64,000 bases of DNA from Candidatus Hydrogenedentota bacterium (lineage in GTDB: Bacteria; Hydrogenedentota; Hydrogenedentia; Hydrogenedentales; SLHB01). How positions within the stretch are numbered: position 1 is the stretch's first letter; every line of letters starts with the position of its first letter. The stretch lies in assembly GCA_963745075.1 (NCBI GenBank), contig CAVUWV010000009.1, positions 1 to 64,000 on the forward strand, given 5' to 3'. This document shows positions 62,499-64,000 of this stretch, piece after piece. The translations under genes and the position numbers were made by a program. The notes below the pieces were generated by a model, which was not told the origin of the DNA, made no database searches, and saw nothing but the letters and a program-made list of their open reading frames with translations.

Positions 62499-62528
62499 TA
62501 TTTAGCCAGATCGACGGCGAATTGTCAA
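62499..62528 (-). promoter_or_regulatory. Possible sigma70 promoter of lexA
   Basis: Perfect TTGACA (62528-62523), an 18-bp spacer and a weak TAAATA. Confidence 0.45.
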
Positions 62529-62566
62529 GGACCTAACACGGGTAGGTGTGATTCCGGAGTCAAATT

Positions 62567-62601
62567 AAAAGGGCGCGCGAAGCCGCAAAGCTTCGCGCGC
62601 C
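62567..62601 (-). terminator. Rho-independent terminator
   Basis: GGCGCGCGAAGC / GCTTCGCGCGCC stem followed by CTTTT on the minus strand. Confidence 0.85.
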
Positions 62602-62623
62602 TGAACAATATCAGGAGTAAGTC

Positions 62624-63976
62624 CTACAGGCTCCAGCCTTTACGGTAGTTCCGACGGAGATACTGGTTCGCCTCAGGAAGGTTCGTCACCTTCATGTTCT
62701 CGCCGTCCCACTCGACCTTCTGACCGGTCTTAAGCGCCAGATTACCGAGAAGCACGGTCTCCGTGAACGGACCGGCGTAGTCGAAGTTCGAACAGGCCGG
62801 TTCGCCGCCCTTCGCAGCCTCGATCCAGTTGAGATAGGGATCCTCGTCCTTGATTCGGGGGATCGTCGGCGCCGGCAATTTATAGTCCGCCATCCGCGAG
62901 TTCGGCAGCAGGCGCGGATTGCCGCCGTACGTGCCGCAGGTCATAAAGCCCGAATCGCCGATGAGCAGCGTGCCGTTTTCTCCGCTGTCTCCGTCACCCA
63001 TAACATTGTCGGCGGGAACACCGTCCGGGCGCGGCGGCATGTTCCCACCGTCATGCCAGTACAGGGTAAGCGCCGGCATGTCTTCGCGCGGACCGAACTC
63101 GTACTTGAGAACCGATTTGGTCGGGAAGGTTTGATCGTTGTTGCCTTCCTGCGACACGACTTCCACGCTGAGCGGGGCATTCAGTTTAAGCGACCAATTC
63201 GCCGGGTCCATGATGTGGCACGCCATGTCGCCCAGGGCGCCGCAACCGAAATCCCACCAACCACGCCATTTGAAGGGACAGTAACCGCTGTTGTACGGAC
63301 GCTCGGGAGCGCCACCCAGCCAGAGATCCCAATCGAGCGTGGACGGCACCGGCTCCGCCGGCAACGGGCCCGGAATACCTTGCGGCCAGATCGGGCGGTT
63401 GGTCCAGCAGTGGGCCTCGCGAACCTTCCCGATGGCGCCCGACCACAGCATTTCACAGAAAATTCGGACGCCGTCGCCGCTGTGCCCCTGGTTACCCATC
63501 TGGGTCGCCACTTTGTGCTTGCGTGCCGTCTCCTTCATCATCCGCGCTTCGTAAATGTCCTTGGTCAAAGGCTTCTGAACGTAGACGCCTTTCCCCATCT
63601 GCATGCAGTGCATGGCGATGATCGCGTGCATGTTATCCGGCGTGGATACGGTGCACAGGTCGATATCTTTGCCCATCTTATCCAGCATGACACGGAAGTC
63701 CTGGAACCGGGGCACGTCCGGCATACGCTCGAAGGACTGGCGGCCATTCTGGAAGTCTACGTCGCACAGCGCGACGATATTGGCGTGGTGACTAGCGCCC
63801 TCCACGTCGCTGGCGCCTTTGCCGCCTACGCCGATTCCGGCTACGTTGAGCATTTCGTTCGGCGAGCGCGTGCTCATTTTGCCGGGGGCCTTGCCTGTCG
63901 ACGCACAGCCCGCGACCACCGCGGCCGTCGAACTCGCGAGGAACATTCGTCGGGAAATTCTGCTCTTCGTGCTCAT
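62624..63976 (-). CDS. Tat-exported Gfo/Idh/MocA oxidoreductase (lipoprotein)
   Basis: SRRMFL...VVAGC, GIGVGGKG, YVQKPL, QMGNQG, WDLWLG and GALGDMACH. Confidence 0.93.
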   Translation of the reverse strand: MSTKSRISRRMFLASSTAAVVAGCASTGKAPGKMSTRSPNEMLNVAGIGVGGKGASDVEGASHHANIVALCDVDFQNGRQSFERMPDVPRFQDFRVMLDKMGKDIDLCTVSTPDNMHAIIAMHCMQMGKGVYVQKPLTKDIYEARMMKETARKHKVATQMGNQGHSGDGVRIFCEMLWSGAIGKVREAHCWTNRPIWPQGIPGPLPAEPVPSTLDWDLWLGGAPERPYNSGYCPFKWRGWWDFGCGALGDMACHIMDPANWSLKLNAPLSVEVVSQEGNNDQTFPTKSVLKYEFGPREDMPALTLYWHDGGNMPPRPDGVPADNVMGDGDSGENGTLLIGDSGFMTCGTYGGNPRLLPNSRMADYKLPAPTIPRIKDEDPYLNWIEAAKGGEPACSNFDYAGPFTETVLLGNLALKTGQKVEWDGENMKVTNLPEANQYLRRNYRKGWSL

Positions 63977-64000
63977 CCTAATCCCTTTCTATACTTGGGT

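Noticed and set aside
1..64000. CRISPR array, tRNA, rRNA or prophage genes
   Set aside because: No regularly spaced repeats, cloverleaf/T-loop motifs or phage hallmark proteins were seen by eye. The psp genes are stress genes, not phage genes.

Overview
GC-rich bacterial chromosomal window, mostly ordinary core genes. The DUF1559/H-X9-DG pilin-like protein, the TPR-rich glycosylation genes and the Tat-exported Gfo/Idh/MocA enzyme suggest a PVC-like or Ca. Hydrogenedentota organism (inference). From left to right it contains: (1) an A/T-richer, frameshifted accessory stretch (1-1640); (2) a RAYT-type Y1 transposase framed by inverted repeats and interrupted in frame by a palindrome built from its own end motif; (3) an AmiE-NamZ fusion downstream of an acyl-CoA dehydrogenase/thioesterase/MBOAT/SGNH-like operon; (4) a wecB-wecC, GT4, heparinase-like, WcaJ, O-antigen-ligase-like and TPR surface-glycan locus; (5) a GH78 rhamnosidase; (6) a sigma54 module with a signal-peptide-bearing rubrerythrin, DUF2231, an MddA/ICMT-like methyltransferase and a two-component system; (7) a sigma54 psp operon led by a PilZ gene; (8) a TonB receptor-YfiR-hybrid kinase-response regulator operon; (9) PPK2, rsmA, an FHA-GAF cyclase, MscS, an acyl-CoA ligase, M28 and M32 peptidases; (10) lexA with a palindromic CTGA-N8-TCAG candidate SOS box. 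About eight genes carry small indels, most likely long-read assembly errors. I saw no CRISPR array, tRNA or rRNA. All assignments come from motif recognition by eye, not database searches.
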